A program made the position numbers and the translations under genes. Below the pieces are notes generated by a model, which saw only the letters and a program-made list of their open reading frames with translations, was not told where the DNA came from and made no database searches. From the UHGV virus genome UHGV-0097968: DNA of 47,717 nt; one strand, 5' to 3'. The DNA comes from a virus. Positions within the stretch are counted from its first letter, which is position 1. Each line of letters starts with the position of its first letter. Positions 35,070 to 44,976 of this stretch are shown one piece after another.

Positions 35070-35750
35070 GTGGCCGATTTACGTAGTAACGCGCAGATGT
35101 TCGATATCGATGTTTCGGCGCTGGAGCAGCTCAGAGTCGAAATCAGCGCGACGCAACATCAAATGTTAATGGCATACAACAGGGCGCTGAACCGAACTGC
35201 AAAACATATGCACCGAATTTCAGCAGGAATGATTTTGACTGCACTGGCAGCTAAAAATCATAAGGCCGTAGATAAACGAATCAAGCCGTTCATTAAGCGC
35301 CGTAATTTTACAAAAGAAGGGGCTGGAGACCTGAGCAGCGCCAAGCTCTGGTACGGTCTGAATGATTTCCGGGTATCTGAGCTAAAGGGGCGATTACAAA
35401 ATCCACGGAGGCAAAAACAGCCTCGCGATCCTGAGACCGGCCTGTTTTTGAAAACCAAAAAAGGCGCTAGAGGGGCAACTTTTACACCCAAAAGTGCAGG
35501 GCTGGCGATGATGAGTTGGCCCGATTCATTCGTAGCGAAACGCTACGGTGCGAAAAGTGTCTGGATTCGACTGGCTCGCGGAGGAATCGAGGAGGCTCGC
35601 GTACCGGTACACGAAGCGCTGGAGTATGCTATCGATGATTATATTTTTGAAAACATTGGCACCGTGTTCATGGGTTTTTTTGAACAGGACTTGCGCGGTC
35701 GCGTGAAAGGTAATGTCCACGTAGAGCCAAAAACAGGTAAACGATTATGA
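35070..35750 (+). CDS. Phage structural/morphogenesis protein, unassigned
   Basis: 226-aa ORF between head and baseplate modules. Confidence 0.5.
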   Translation: MADLRSNAQMFDIDVSALEQLRVEISATQHQMLMAYNRALNRTAKHMHRISAGMILTALAAKNHKAVDKRIKPFIKRRNFTKEGAGDLSSAKLWYGLNDFRVSELKGRLQNPRRQKQPRDPETGLFLKTKKGARGATFTPKSAGLAMMSWPDSFVAKRYGAKSVWIRLARGGIEEARVPVHEALEYAIDDYIFENIGTVFMGFFEQDLRGRVKGNVHVEPKTGKRL

Positions 35751-36283
35751 GCGGACTGGATGCATTTGACGAATATCTTGATCGCGTTAAAGGCGCGGTT
35801 TTACAAATACCGTTCATCAAAACATTCGGAATTTATCCGGAAATTCCGGCTGGATTTGAAACGCCAGCTCTGTTCCTGGAAATCAGCAACTGGTCACAGA
35901 GTGACGAATCGGTTCCAGGCTCAATTCAGTCAGTCGAGCTGTCGTGTAATTTGTATTTGCTGCGTGAATTTGCAGCTGATCAGTACGGACTTAAATCGCA
36001 GAATGCAGCGCTCTATATGACGAGCTGGATTAATGGGCGAATGTTTGGTGCCGGAACTAAACCAGCAAAATTCAGCGACGCGGAACCGTGTGACTGGATT
36101 AAAAACGGGCAGTCAGTCGGTTCGCATTCAGTTCAGTGCGTGTCGTTCACGCAGGTTGTAGGCGTTGGTCCAGATATTTTCGATTATCCCTCACAGGGAA
36201 CCCTGAAAAATATATACGTCGGAATAGCGCCAGATATCGGCGCAGAACACGAGAGCGACTACTATGGCCCAATCGGACGATGA
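35747..36283 (+). CDS. Phage structural/morphogenesis protein, unassigned (possible tail completion)
   Basis: 178-aa ORF with overlapping start/stop coupling. Confidence 0.5.
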   Translation: MSGLDAFDEYLDRVKGAVLQIPFIKTFGIYPEIPAGFETPALFLEISNWSQSDESVPGSIQSVELSCNLYLLREFAADQYGLKSQNAALYMTSWINGRMFGAGTKPAKFSDAEPCDWIKNGQSVGSHSVQCVSFTQVVGVGPDIFDYPSQGTLKNIYVGIAPDIGAEHESDYYGPIGR

Positions 36284-37166
36284 ATATGCCGCAGCGGAGA
36301 ACGCGCGTCGGCTGCGTGACGCAGTTAAACGCGGCACGATAGCTGCAGTTCAGATGAATCCTCCAAGATGTCGCGTGTCGTTTGGTGGAGAACACCAATC
36401 GGGCTGGCTACAATGGTTCACGCACGCGACATCGGAGCGCGTGGACTGGAGCGCCCCATCTGTTGGCGACCCAGTCACTGTTGTTTCTGAGGGGGGAGAT
36501 ACGCGAAATGGCGTCGTCATGCTCGGATTACATATTGACAACAAAGCACCGCCCAGTACTGACCCTCACGACCACGTCACCGTATATTGTGACGGCGCAA
36601 CGCTAACCTATAACACAGAAAACCACACTCTCATCTGGCAAGGAGTACCAGAAGGAATTGTAAAAATTCTCGGCGAATCCAAAATAGAAATTTTGGGTCG
36701 CGCAGAAGTTACGGTCACAAGTGAAAACGTTGTCAATATTCACGGCGGAAAATTAATTAACGCAGACGCTGACGTTATTAACGTGACAGCGACAGATACA
36801 ATTAACGCGCACGCTGATTTAGTGAACGTAATAGCAACAAGTTCAGTAAGTGTTACCGCCGCGAATAGTATATCGCTGACGGCAGAAACAATAAGAGCAT
36901 TAGCGCCCGGCGGGATAACGCTAGCAGGTCCAACGCATATAACAGAAACGCTGGTTGTTGATAAACTGGCGACATTCCGCAACGATATTTCTGTCACTGG
37001 AGATAACGGTGGAACAGGTAATATCACAACTCGCGGTAGTGTGTTAGCAGGGCAAGAGGTGCAGGACCGACAAGGCACAATGACTGAGGTCCGCACAACG
37101 TACAACGGACACACTCACACATGTCCTGATGGGGAAACACAACAACCGAACCAACCAATGGCGTAA
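36264..37166 (+). CDS. Baseplate assembly/spike protein, P2 gpV-like
   Basis: 300 aa; N-terminal CRVSFGGEHQSGWLQWFTHA...WSAPSVGDPV matches P2 V by recollection; repetitive beta-helix-like middle. Confidence 0.8.
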   Translation: MAQSDDEYAAAENARRLRDAVKRGTIAAVQMNPPRCRVSFGGEHQSGWLQWFTHATSERVDWSAPSVGDPVTVVSEGGDTRNGVVMLGLHIDNKAPPSTDPHDHVTVYCDGATLTYNTENHTLIWQGVPEGIVKILGESKIEILGRAEVTVTSENVVNIHGGKLINADADVINVTATDTINAHADLVNVIATSSVSVTAANSISLTAETIRALAPGGITLAGPTHITETLVVDKLATFRNDISVTGDNGGTGNITTRGSVLAGQEVQDRQGTMTEVRTTYNGHTHTCPDGETQQPNQPMA

Positions 37167-37168
37167 AT

Positions 37169-37510
37169 ATGCTTGGAATGGACCGTAACACCGGTAAGCC
37201 TTTATCGGGGACTGATCACATTCGTCAGTCTATCGTTGATATTTTAACGACCCCGCTGGGGACGCGTGTAATGTTGCCGGAATATGGCAGCAAATTATTT
37301 GATCTTGTTGATAATCCCACAGATCCGTCGCTTGCTATGCGAATAATCATGGAAAGCGCTGGCGCAATAGCTCGCTGGGAACCACGCGTCAGAATTGACA
37401 GAATAAATGTGTTAGCAGTGGATGTCGGGAAAATAACAATATTAATTATCGCAACAGATATCGAAACACAACAGCGATTAGAGTTTAATAATATGGAGCT
37501 GATATTTTGA
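37169..37510 (+). CDS. Baseplate protein, P2 gpW-like (GPW/gp25 family)
   Basis: 113 aa; HIRQSIVDILTTPLGTRVMLPEYGSKL...WEPRV parallels P2 W. Confidence 0.8.
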   Translation: MLGMDRNTGKPLSGTDHIRQSIVDILTTPLGTRVMLPEYGSKLFDLVDNPTDPSLAMRIIMESAGAIARWEPRVRIDRINVLAVDVGKITILIIATDIETQQRLEFNNMELIF

Positions 37511-38427
37511 TAACATCAACAGTTCAGAATTCGATAGTGAAAACTATTGATATGAGTCTGCTGCCGCCGCCCGCGTTTGTTAAAACCCCGCTATTTTCAG
37601 ATGTTAAATCTAATCTATTGTCAGAGCTGCAGATATTATATCCACAATTTAACGCACTCCTGGAGTCAGACCCGGCCGTTAAACTGCTGGAAATAGTTGC
37701 ATACAGAGAAATTATCATTACAGCGCGGGTAAATCAGGGGATGCTCGCGGTATTACTCGCGTTTGCAAAAGAGTGGGACCTCGACCAGATTGGCGCTAAT
37801 TTTGACTGCCTGCGGCTGTTGATAACGCCAGCTAATCGTGATGCGATTCCCCCGACTGAGGCGGTTTACGAGAGTGACGACGAGTATCGTCATCGCATAC
37901 AGCTATCGTGGTACGCGCGGAATACTGCCGGCAGTACAAACGCGTATAACTATTTCGCGCTATCGAGTGATCCCGACGTTCTGTCAGCTCAGGCATACGG
38001 ACCGCCGGTGACACAACCAGGGTACGTCGATATGTACGTTTTGTCCCGAACCGGCGACGGTGTACCTCCGCAATCACTACTGAATACAGTGAATGCGGCT
38101 CTGTCTCCTGACGATACTCGACCGCTGACTGATTTCGTGACTGTAAAACCTGCGTCGAACCTGAATTACCGGGTTGAGGCCGTTATCGTAGCCGGGCTTG
38201 GACCCGACCAGAACGTTTTGCTTAACGGTGCTCAGAGCGATTTGGCGATATATGTGGATACGCAGCATAAAATCGGAGCGACGGCAGCTCTGTCAGGAAT
38301 TTACGACGCGATACATCGTGACGGCACTGAACGTGTGATTCTGATATCGCCAACAGAGGACGTGATTGCTGGCGTCGGACAGGCTCCGCACTGCACTGAA
38401 ATTAAACTCAGCGTGCAAATGGGGTAG
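37507..38427 (+). CDS. Baseplate protein, P2 gpJ-like
   Basis: 306 aa; motifs LDQIGANF, YESDDEYRHRIQLS, RPLTDFVTV parallel P2 J. Confidence 0.85.
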   Translation: MITSTVQNSIVKTIDMSLLPPPAFVKTPLFSDVKSNLLSELQILYPQFNALLESDPAVKLLEIVAYREIIITARVNQGMLAVLLAFAKEWDLDQIGANFDCLRLLITPANRDAIPPTEAVYESDDEYRHRIQLSWYARNTAGSTNAYNYFALSSDPDVLSAQAYGPPVTQPGYVDMYVLSRTGDGVPPQSLLNTVNAALSPDDTRPLTDFVTVKPASNLNYRVEAVIVAGLGPDQNVLLNGAQSDLAIYVDTQHKIGATAALSGIYDAIHRDGTERVILISPTEDVIAGVGQAPHCTEIKLSVQMG

Positions 38428-38429
38428 CT

Positions 38430-39056
38430 ATGGCAAGTCAAAGTGTGCTGCCTCCGAACGCAATAACTCCCGAGAGGGCGCTTGAGGTTGTTTTATCTCA
38501 CGTCGGAGATCTGCCTGGCGATATTCGAATTATTAAAAATCCCGATTTGTGCCCTGCAAATCTGTTGCCGTGGCTGGCGTGGGAGTACGCGGTCACCTAC
38601 TGGAACCCCGACTGGAGTGAGCAGCAAAAACGCGAAATTATTAAGGCCGCAGCCTGGCAAAATAAACATCGCGGCACGCGTGGTGCCGTCGAACGAGCAT
38701 TATTAACGGTGGGATTTGAGAGCAAAATGAGAGAGTGGTTTGAAGCCACGCCCAGGGACGACCCGTATACATTCGCAATTAAAATATATCTGCTAAAAAG
38801 TATAGGGTTAGATTTAGAGCTATTGAATACCTTTATTGCACAAATATTTGATGCAAAAAATTGCCGTTCCTTATTAAAAGAAATAAATTTTGAAACGGGT
38901 GTCGATGGTGAGTTTTTTATAGCTGGTGCACCTTACGCGAAAATAGGCGTAAATATCCCAGCAGACGGCGACGGCGGTGTAAAAATTAACGGCGGGCTAT
39001 ATATATCAGGCTCGCCAATTGTTAGTTTAAATGTGGAGATAGGGCCAAATGGCTGA
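38430..39056 (+). CDS. Tail protein, P2 gpI-like
   Basis: 208 aa; LLPWLAWEYAV...W...KHRGTRGAV parallels P2 I. Confidence 0.8.
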   Translation: MASQSVLPPNAITPERALEVVLSHVGDLPGDIRIIKNPDLCPANLLPWLAWEYAVTYWNPDWSEQQKREIIKAAAWQNKHRGTRGAVERALLTVGFESKMREWFEATPRDDPYTFAIKIYLLKSIGLDLELLNTFIAQIFDAKNCRSLLKEINFETGVDGEFFIAGAPYAKIGVNIPADGDGGVKINGGLYISGSPIVSLNVEIGPNG

Positions 39057-40227
39057 AAATAAAATTTACGCAGTACTGACAGACCGGGGGGCACAACTTG
39101 AGGCCGCGGCATTAGCATCAGGTGTGCCGGTAGTACTGAATAAATTCGTTATTGGTGACGCGAACGGAAACGACGACGTAACACCGGACCCGTCACGAAC
39201 AGTATTAATTCACGAAACGTATCGCGGAGATATTAAATCGTCAGAAAATAGCGGCAATCAGGTTATTTTTACACTGTACGTACCACCGGAAACCGGCGGT
39301 TATACTATTCGAGAGGTTGGAATATTAACAGATAAAGGCGAGCTGTACTCTGTAGCACGCTCGCCGGATATTTTAAAACCCACGGACAGCAACGGCGCGC
39401 TGATTTCAATCACATATAAATACACTCTCGCGGTGTCCAGCGCGTCTACTGTTAACGTTGTCATTGATAACAGTAGTGGAATGAGCCAGGCAGATGCAGA
39501 TAAGCGTTATTTGCAGATAAGCAAAAATTTATCTGAAATTAAAGATAAGGGCGCGGCGGCGCAACAAGCTGGGCGAGAAAATCTCGGCGTTAACTTAAAT
39601 AACTATTATAAAAAAGAAGAGATAGATAATAAATTTTCAGAAGTGGATAATGAGTTAAATAATATAAACCCAGTCATGACGGTTAACCATTTACAGCCTG
39701 ATTCTGACGGCAACGTTAATGTGGATTCGGGATACGCAAAACTGGGCGGCGACGGGGCATTTAATTTAGTTGCTCTGTTTCCGCAGCAATCTGAACCTGA
39801 CGCGACAAATAAAACCATGCCTGGTTACCGGCTTTCTTCTGTGATATTTAAAGCGAATCCCAGCCTTGAAATTTTGGCTCATGGATATTTATTTGGATTG
39901 TGGGAATTAATTGCCATTCCGTTAGTGACAGTATCTAGCGGATACGAACTGAATGGCGGTGTTTCTGGTGCTGTAATGGCTCGGCGAATTCCTGTTGGCA
40001 ATATAAACAAATTCAGCAATATAAAAAACCCTCATTATCCTCAGGGCCGTGGCGTGGTGGGAACGTATGAAACTGCCTACATAAACATTGAATGCGATAT
40101 TGAGGGAGTTGGAACCGGACTAATATTCACGACAAATAATAATGATGTTGAGGAATACGGTCGTCAATTATATCAAAACGCAATAAGCGGTATGTACGGC
40201 ACAGTAACAAACGGTTATCAAAGTTGA
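39049..40227 (+). CDS. Tail fibre protein, P2 gpH-like N-terminus with divergent AT-rich C-terminal part
   Basis: 392 aa; N-terminal VIGDANG...LIHETYRGDI...GGYTIREVGIL matches P2 H anchor domain by recollection; C-terminal region compositionally different. Confidence 0.75.
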   Translation: MAENKIYAVLTDRGAQLEAAALASGVPVVLNKFVIGDANGNDDVTPDPSRTVLIHETYRGDIKSSENSGNQVIFTLYVPPETGGYTIREVGILTDKGELYSVARSPDILKPTDSNGALISITYKYTLAVSSASTVNVVIDNSSGMSQADADKRYLQISKNLSEIKDKGAAAQQAGRENLGVNLNNYYKKEEIDNKFSEVDNELNNINPVMTVNHLQPDSDGNVNVDSGYAKLGGDGAFNLVALFPQQSEPDATNKTMPGYRLSSVIFKANPSLEILAHGYLFGLWELIAIPLVTVSSGYELNGGVSGAVMARRIPVGNINKFSNIKNPHYPQGRGVVGTYETAYINIECDIEGVGTGLIFTTNNNDVEEYGRQLYQNAISGMYGTVTNGYQS

Positions 40228-40239
40228 TGGAGGTAATAA

Positions 40240-41739
40240 ATGAGCACTAATTTTTTGCACGGCCCCCGCACGCTCGAATACGACGACGGAACAAAAGAGA
40301 TCAGCACGGTCGATATTTCCGTTATCGGTATCGTCGGCACTGCCCCGGATGCGAGCGCCCCCACATGCGCATCACTACTATGGGGATCAGAACTCGCAGA
40401 TAATCTTGTTCAGTTTTCCACTGTCATGCCTGGGGCCGACGGAAACAACTGGATTGTCGAAATCGTCAATCTCGGTATTAACGGGAATGTGGCAACTCCG
40501 GGATACAGCACACTGCCCGACGGTTCGAGAAAATTAACAATGATCACGGACGGTGCCATGACTCCGTCAAAAATGTACGATCAGAACCAGCAGTATAAAG
40601 AAGGACTCCAGATTGGAGAATATATTAACGTCACATTCGGTGGTGATCACGCAGGAACGGGGACTGTATTCGCGCTCCCCCCAACAAATTTATCCGGTGG
40701 TAAAGACGAATCGTTCAAATATAATGTTCCGACGTTAATTGCAGGCAGTCAGAAAAAAGCTGGATTGCTCGGTGGGTCTGGTACGCTTCTTTCCGCTGTA
40801 TCTGAAATACTAAATCAGGAGGATGCCATTATTGTTGTTGTCCGCGTCGAAGAGGACAGCGACGAAACAAAAATGAGGCAGAACGTCGTTAACGGGATTA
40901 ACGCACTGTTGACGTCTGCACAAATAAATCAAGTGACGCCGAGAATTTTAATCGCTCCAGATTATAGTGCTAACGATTATATTGCAGAACAACTTGAAGT
41001 GGTGACAAATAAATTACGAGGTGTTGGATATATCGATTCACAGCGAGGCGCTACGCCTGCTGACGTTGTGAATCGTCGTCAGAGGTACGGCGGCAGGATG
41101 GAAATTTTACGCCCTCGCGTTTATTCTACGAGTGATGTCAGTGGGTTATCTCGTCCGTATTCAGCTATCGCTGCTGGTTTGCGAGCCAGAATTGATAATG
41201 AAAAAGGATTCTGGTGGAGTAAATCGAACCAGAATATCTACGGAGTTACAGGGCTTGAACAAGTCGACGATTTTATTATTGGTGAGACAAACTGCACAGC
41301 GAACCTGTTGAACGCCAGTCAGGTCAGCACAATTATTCGCTATGACGGGTTCCGGCACTGGGGTAACTATCTGTGTAGCCTCAGTCCCCAATGGTCCTTT
41401 GAATGCGTTCGTCGAACAGCTGACGTAATTGAGGATTCTATAGCCCGGGCAATGATGACCGATTTTATTGATCGTCCGATAGACCTGCACCTCGGAACAG
41501 ACGTTGTCGAGTCGATAAACGCATATCTGCACAAATTAGAGGAGCAGGGCGCGATTAACGGAGGGCGTGCGTGGTTAGACAGTGAGCTGAATACAAAAGA
41601 AAGCCTGGCTGCGGGGAATCTTTATATTAATGTCGATTTTGGCCCGAAATCTCCGGCACAAACAATTACGTTAATGTACCGCATTAATAATGACTATACA
41701 GTTGAAGCGCTGGCCTCCCTTTTTAAAGAAACAGCCTGA
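40240..41739 (+). CDS. Contractile tail sheath protein
   Basis: 499-aa ORF at sheath position of a P2/Mu-like tail module, followed by tube and chaperone genes. Confidence 0.85.
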   Translation: MSTNFLHGPRTLEYDDGTKEISTVDISVIGIVGTAPDASAPTCASLLWGSELADNLVQFSTVMPGADGNNWIVEIVNLGINGNVATPGYSTLPDGSRKLTMITDGAMTPSKMYDQNQQYKEGLQIGEYINVTFGGDHAGTGTVFALPPTNLSGGKDESFKYNVPTLIAGSQKKAGLLGGSGTLLSAVSEILNQEDAIIVVVRVEEDSDETKMRQNVVNGINALLTSAQINQVTPRILIAPDYSANDYIAEQLEVVTNKLRGVGYIDSQRGATPADVVNRRQRYGGRMEILRPRVYSTSDVSGLSRPYSAIAAGLRARIDNEKGFWWSKSNQNIYGVTGLEQVDDFIIGETNCTANLLNASQVSTIIRYDGFRHWGNYLCSLSPQWSFECVRRTADVIEDSIARAMMTDFIDRPIDLHLGTDVVESINAYLHKLEEQGAINGGRAWLDSELNTKESLAAGNLYINVDFGPKSPAQTITLMYRINNDYTVEALASLFKETA

Positions 41740-41756
41740 TAATTCGGAGAGTAAAT

Positions 41757-42269
41757 ATGTCAGATAGCAACGCTTACCGCGCGTTTGCGCTATTCGTGCA
41801 AGGTGAACGGGTTTTAAATTGTACTGAATATACTCCTGTTGATATGAAAATAATCGAAGACGAGTTTAAAACTGGCGCAATGGATACAGCCATCACTCTG
41901 GATGGGGGGATGGAGAAAATGTCAGCCAGTTTTAAAGTTTCAGGTTCTGATTCTGGTGTTATGAGTTATTTCGGGTTAATACCGGGAGTTAAGACGCGGT
42001 TTGAAATTCGTAGTGCGTACACAGACTCCTACGGAATAAATTTTGAGCGTATTGATACCTACGAGGGGCTTATTACGGCAATCACTGATGATGCTCAGGG
42101 GACTGATTCAAAATCGTCAGTGGGGCAATCAGTAACAATTGCGCCGAGCTATTATAAACGAGTTCAAAACGGACGAGTTATTTACGAAATTCATCCTGCA
42201 AAAATGAAACGCGTTATCAACGGTGTTGATGTTCTTGCGGGCGTCGCTCGAATCCTTCATGTATATTAA
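41757..42269 (+). CDS. Tail tube protein
   Basis: 170-aa ORF directly after sheath. Confidence 0.8.
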   Translation: MSDSNAYRAFALFVQGERVLNCTEYTPVDMKIIEDEFKTGAMDTAITLDGGMEKMSASFKVSGSDSGVMSYFGLIPGVKTRFEIRSAYTDSYGINFERIDTYEGLITAITDDAQGTDSKSSVGQSVTIAPSYYKRVQNGRVIYEIHPAKMKRVINGVDVLAGVARILHVY

Positions 42270-42281
42270 AAGGTAAGTAAA

Positions 42282-42563
42282 ATGGAATCCTTATTAGACA
42301 GTATGACTATTACGCTCTCTCGACCGTTTATTATTAAGGGCGAGAGCTGCGATACAATTACTATTCGCGAACCAAAATTACGTGACCGCATTATGTTCAG
42401 TAACGATAAAAGCGGTCTTGAAGAGCGGACAGCGACAATGCTGGCGCGCCTGGCAAATCTGGAGAGAGAGGATTTATATGCGCTCCCCGCGTGCGATTAC
42501 GATCAACTGGAGGCCGCGTTTAACGAACTGGTAAAGCACCCGAAAGACCGACATCAGATATAG
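42282..42563 (+). CDS. Tail assembly chaperone (P2 gpE-like); a -1 frame extension is open to 42694
   Basis: 93-aa ORF before tape measure; the -1 frame is open from 42524 through 42694 and overlaps the tape measure start, as in P2 E/E+E' and lambda G/GT. Confidence 0.6.
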   Translation: MESLLDSMTITLSRPFIIKGESCDTITIREPKLRDRIMFSNDKSGLEERTATMLARLANLEREDLYALPACDYDQLEAAFNELVKHPKDRHQI

Positions 42564-42671
42564 TTATTCTGATTCCGTTTATTGCGAAAAAACTTGCCAT
42601 CCCGCCTGATACGCAAATGGACCTGCCGTATCGGGTTTTTAATTTCTATGTAGACGAGGTCATGAAAACTG

Positions 42672-44312
42672 ATGGCTATTTCTCAAAACTTTAAAACGCA
42701 GGTTGTATTCGGGGGGCGAATAGACCCGTCGTTTCGGCGCGGTACAACAGAACTCAACGATGCAATTCGGCAGACGTCGTCTACTGTCGGAAAATTAACG
42801 AAAAGTCAGGATAAATTAAAAGACAAAATCGCAGCAATGAAACTGGCAGGTAAAGACGTTTCTGATTTATCTGCTCAGTATCAAAAGCTGGACCGTCGAA
42901 TAAAAGCGACAACGCAGGACCAGGAGGCACTGAATACTCAGCTTGCTAAAAAACAACGGCTGGAGAAGTGGACGGGTCGCGCAAAAGGGGCTGCAAAATG
43001 GGGCGGTCGAGCGACTGCAAGAACGATAAAGGCAACAGGAAAAGGCATCAAATGGGGGACGCTTGGCGCGGCAGGTCTCATTGGTGGCGCTGCTGCTGGC
43101 GCGCTGGCAATGAACGCAGAGACGTCAGAAAAACTCGGTCTGGCGAAGTCATACGGTGTTGGCGTTGAAAAATATGCTGCGTGGGAAAATATTGGTAAAG
43201 CCGCGGGCCTGAACGGCGAAAATATCGGGGATTTGTCTGAAGAACTTACAAATAAAATCGGCGAAATCGGAAACGAAAAAAATCTGAATCCCATGTTGTT
43301 TCAAATCGGCCTGACGAAAAAACGAATGGCTGGCTGGGATCGGGAAAAGCAGTTTAATGAAGTTATGCGTCGCATCTCTGAAATGAAAGATGAGAAGCAA
43401 GCGGCGAGCCTCGCTGACCAGCTCATGGGGGGCGAGGCTAATAAGATCATGACGTATATGAAGGCGACGGGTAAAAGCTGGGAACAGACAATGTCTGACG
43501 CGCAAAAGTCGAATTTGTTAACAAAAGAGGGTGCGGAAGGGGCGGCGCGTGCGCATGTATCTGTAACAAATTTGTGGGGATCGATAACGTCAGGACTTGC
43601 AGATACACTTGGTAAAATTGGGGGTGAGCTCGCGCCGACGTTTGACTCAGTTCGCGAAACATTTACAGCATGGTTTAAGGACAATCAGGGCGGATTTGTC
43701 AGCACAATTACTGAGTGGGTAAAGCCCGAAAGCATGAAAAAAATGTGGGAGGGGATAGTCAGTTTTGGCGAAGCTTGCGTTAAATTCGGAAAAATAATTT
43801 GGGCAGTAGCAAAAAGACTTGAGTGGTTAATTCCGGACGAGAAAACAGACGAGGAACAGCGCGTATATAACGAAGAATATAATAAGGCGTATCAGGAATT
43901 CATGGATAGTGGTGGTAAATATTCACCGAATCCAGGACTGGCAGCAGATAATGTAGCAAAAGCAAAAGCCGACGAAGCCGTAGATAATATGCGACACCCT
44001 GAGCGTCTTGCGCGTGCAAAATCACAGGCTGAATCAATGCTCTCATTTGTTAACCCGTTTACTGGATTAATAAATAAAGACTCAACGCCTAAATCACAAA
44101 ACTCAGCAACGTTGAATATTGACGCGCTGAGACAGGCAGTCGCAACTCCAGCTCCAGAGCAAAACAATAAAATTGAAATCAATATTATCGGAGCAGCAGA
44201 CCCACAATCAACACAGCAGGCCGCTGCATCGGGTGTGCTCGACGGGCTGAGACAAGTTGCGAGTTCGTACAATCGTGGCGCGATGTTTGATAAACCAGCG
44301 GCGGCGGGGTGA
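42672..44312 (+). CDS. Tail tape measure protein
   Basis: 546-aa Ala/Gly/Lys-rich ORF with coiled-coil character downstream of chaperone. Confidence 0.85.
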   Translation: MAISQNFKTQVVFGGRIDPSFRRGTTELNDAIRQTSSTVGKLTKSQDKLKDKIAAMKLAGKDVSDLSAQYQKLDRRIKATTQDQEALNTQLAKKQRLEKWTGRAKGAAKWGGRATARTIKATGKGIKWGTLGAAGLIGGAAAGALAMNAETSEKLGLAKSYGVGVEKYAAWENIGKAAGLNGENIGDLSEELTNKIGEIGNEKNLNPMLFQIGLTKKRMAGWDREKQFNEVMRRISEMKDEKQAASLADQLMGGEANKIMTYMKATGKSWEQTMSDAQKSNLLTKEGAEGAARAHVSVTNLWGSITSGLADTLGKIGGELAPTFDSVRETFTAWFKDNQGGFVSTITEWVKPESMKKMWEGIVSFGEACVKFGKIIWAVAKRLEWLIPDEKTDEEQRVYNEEYNKAYQEFMDSGGKYSPNPGLAADNVAKAKADEAVDNMRHPERLARAKSQAESMLSFVNPFTGLINKDSTPKSQNSATLNIDALRQAVATPAPEQNNKIEINIIGAADPQSTQQAAASGVLDGLRQVASSYNRGAMFDKPAAAG

Positions 44313-44737
44313 CAATGAGTGATTCAATAAGCGGTGCTGAGGACATTATGCTCGGCCTGGGTGATTTCATTTTTGCTATATCAACAATAGCGTACAACAA
44401 ACTGCAACGTAGTGACGCCTGGCGCTGGGCTCAGCAAACACGATTCGGGAAAAACGACGCGTTGCAGATAACAGGACGACCGAACCCCACAATTACTATC
44501 GATGGAAAGATAAACGCTTTATTCCTTGACGGGTGCGGCGTCGGCCTGTTGACAGATTTGCGTGCGCTCGGGAACACGGGAGAACCCCAGCAGCTAGTGC
44601 TGGGGACCGGGGAGGTGAAAGGGTACTGGGTTATCAGGGAGTTAACAGAAACGCAAAACAGTTTTCTGAAAGGAGGAACCCCAAAATCGCAGGACTTTTC
44701 ACTCACGCTCGAATATTACGGAGCTTCGCTGGATTGA
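44309..44737 (+). CDS. Tail protein, P2 gpU-like
   Basis: 142-aa ORF immediately after tape measure. Confidence 0.65.
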   Translation: MTMSDSISGAEDIMLGLGDFIFAISTIAYNKLQRSDAWRWAQQTRFGKNDALQITGRPNPTITIDGKINALFLDGCGVGLLTDLRALGNTGEPQQLVLGTGEVKGYWVIRELTETQNSFLKGGTPKSQDFSLTLEYYGASLD

Positions 44738-44976
44738 ACTTCTTTCGGTTTTTTATCACCGAGAGCGGACCACAGCAACAGAATGATCCACATCAAAAAT
44801 ATCCATCCGAATAATATATTCAGAATAACGACCATTGCGCAGCTTTTATGTCCCCTTATTAGAGCAATTACTAACGGTATTACGTATAAAATGATGGATA
44901 TTAACGGGTTCGCCATTAACCATATATACAGAGCGATAACCCACGCAAATAATTCCATTTGAGGCCTCATAATCAT
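44716..44976 (-). CDS. Small integral membrane protein encoded antisense within the tail module (candidate moron)
   Basis: 86 aa, two to three hydrophobic helices; local AT-rich composition; convergent with gpU-like and divergent from gpX-like. Confidence 0.45.
   Translation of the reverse strand: MIMRPQMELFAWVIALYIWLMANPLISIILYVIPLVIALIRGHKSCAMVVILNILFGWIFLMWIILLLWSALGDKKPKEVQSSEAP

Noticed and set aside
36740-37114. 124-aa minus-strand ORF inside the baseplate V gene
   Set aside because: Antisense to the repetitive beta-helix-coding region of gpV; repeat-driven open frame.
42938-43684. Three minus-strand ORFs (118-127 aa) and several plus-strand alternative frames inside the tape measure gene
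   Set aside because: Antisense or alternative frames of a long low-complexity coding region; no independent support.
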